This document shows positions 29,479 through 30,132 of a DNA stretch of 30,132 nt, in pieces (position 1 is the first letter of the stretch; each line of letters opens with the position of its first letter). Position numbers and translations under genes: made by a program. The stretch is from a bacterium (GTDB taxonomy: Bacteria; Hinthialibacterota; Hinthialibacteria; Hinthialibacterales; Hinthialibacteraceae). The notes under the pieces are model-generated. The model was not told where the DNA came from. It saw only the letters and a program-made list of their open reading frames with translations, and searched no databases. Location of the stretch: the NCBI GenBank assembly GCA_963662285.2, contig CAXXMV010000005.1, forward strand, positions 1 through 30,132. Reading direction: 5' to 3'.

Positions 29479-29514
29479 CCGATAATAAGTTGGCCGATAA
29501 TATGAGTTGGCCGA
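29479..29514. repeat. Short imperfect tandem repeat
   Basis: CCGATAATAAGTTGG / CCGATAATATGAGTTGG / CCGA. Confidence 0.6.
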
Positions 29515-29518
29515 AGTA

Positions 29519-30077
29519 CTAGAAATTCATGATTTCGTTCTCTTTTTCTTTTAGAACGGAATCGATTTTATTAGTATATTTATCGGTCAGTTTCTGCACG
29601 TCATCCTGAAGTTTTTTGGATTCATCTTCAGGCAAGCCCTCTTTCTTCACGGCGGTTTTGAGCGATTCGATGCTATCGCGCCGCAGAAGGCGAATGCGGA
29701 CTTTTCCTTCTTCACCGATTTTCTTGGCCATTTTAACCAAATCTTTACGGCGTTCCTCAGTCAAAGGCGGAACAGCGAGGACGAATCAGTTTTCCATCGC
29801 TGCTGGGATTGATGCCCAGTTCGGATTTCTGGATGGCTTTTTCGATATCGGGTAAGACGCTTTTATCCCAGGGTTGAATAACGATCAAACGCGCTTCGGG
29901 GATGCTGATATTAGCCATCTGCTTTAAGGGAGTTTTAGCGCCGTATGCATCAACGATAATCCCGTCTACCAGGGCGGGCGTAGCGCGTCCAGTACGAAGT
30001 TGAGCTAATTCCTTACCGATTGACTCTAGAGCATCATCCATTTCCAATTCGGCTTCTTCTAGAAAACTATCAAGCAT
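29519..30077 (-). CDS. frr: Ribosome recycling factor, with an apparent single-base insertion near 29779-29780
   Basis: LRTGRATP, YGAKTPLKQMANISIPEAR, IEKAIQKSELGINP in one frame and PLTEERRKDLVK...KENEIM in the next. Deleting one base restores IRLAVPPLTEERR. The start is ATG 30077 or 30083. Confidence 0.95.
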
Positions 30078-30132
30078 TGTCATCCCCCGATTCTGTCGTT
30101 CCAGCGGTTACCAATGTACCTACGATTTCACC
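30070..30132 (-). CDS. pyrH: 3' end of UMP kinase (partial)
   Basis: Reads GEIVGTLVTAGTTESGDDNA*. GExxGTLV is the typical PyrH C-terminus, and pyrH-frr is a conserved gene order. Confidence 0.7.
   Translation of the reverse strand, partial: GEIVGTLVTAGTTESGDDNA

Noticed and set aside
29479-29514. Tandem repeat as a mini CRISPR array
   Set aside because: Units are 15-17 bp and abutting, with no spacers and no cas genes.

Overview
A 30-kb bacterial chromosomal window, possibly a whole contig, of mostly housekeeping and envelope genes. From left to right it holds: the 3' end of a DHS-like hypothetical gene; a frameshifted STAS protein; a minus-strand run of queD-queE-queC, a DUF2961/GH172-like lipoprotein and a GT-C glycosyltransferase (frameshifted); a WecG/TagA glycosyltransferase fused to the non-catalytic half of a WcaJ-type protein, followed by a FemAB/GNAT gene; a membrane hypothetical, rph and uvrA; an AT-rich orphan B12 radical SAM gene; an AEC transporter; a three-gene sulfur-relay operon (signal-peptide MBL/PDO with 3 rhodanese domains and a C-terminal Cys tail, plus two half-YeeE genes, one fused to 3 more rhodanese domains); a Tat Gfo/Idh/MocA gene with a ThuA-HEAT-F5/8 gene; a secreted LRR-tyrosine-phosphatase fusion; and frr (frameshifted) with the pyrH 3' end. 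The most notable items are the apparently exported sulfur relay, a small MITE/BoxC-like element present twice (once in frame inside the WecG fusion gene), and the LRR-PTP fusion. The frameshifts cluster at both window ends and are most likely sequencing errors. I saw no rRNA, tRNA, CRISPR array or transposase. All family calls are from motif recognition by eye, without database searches.
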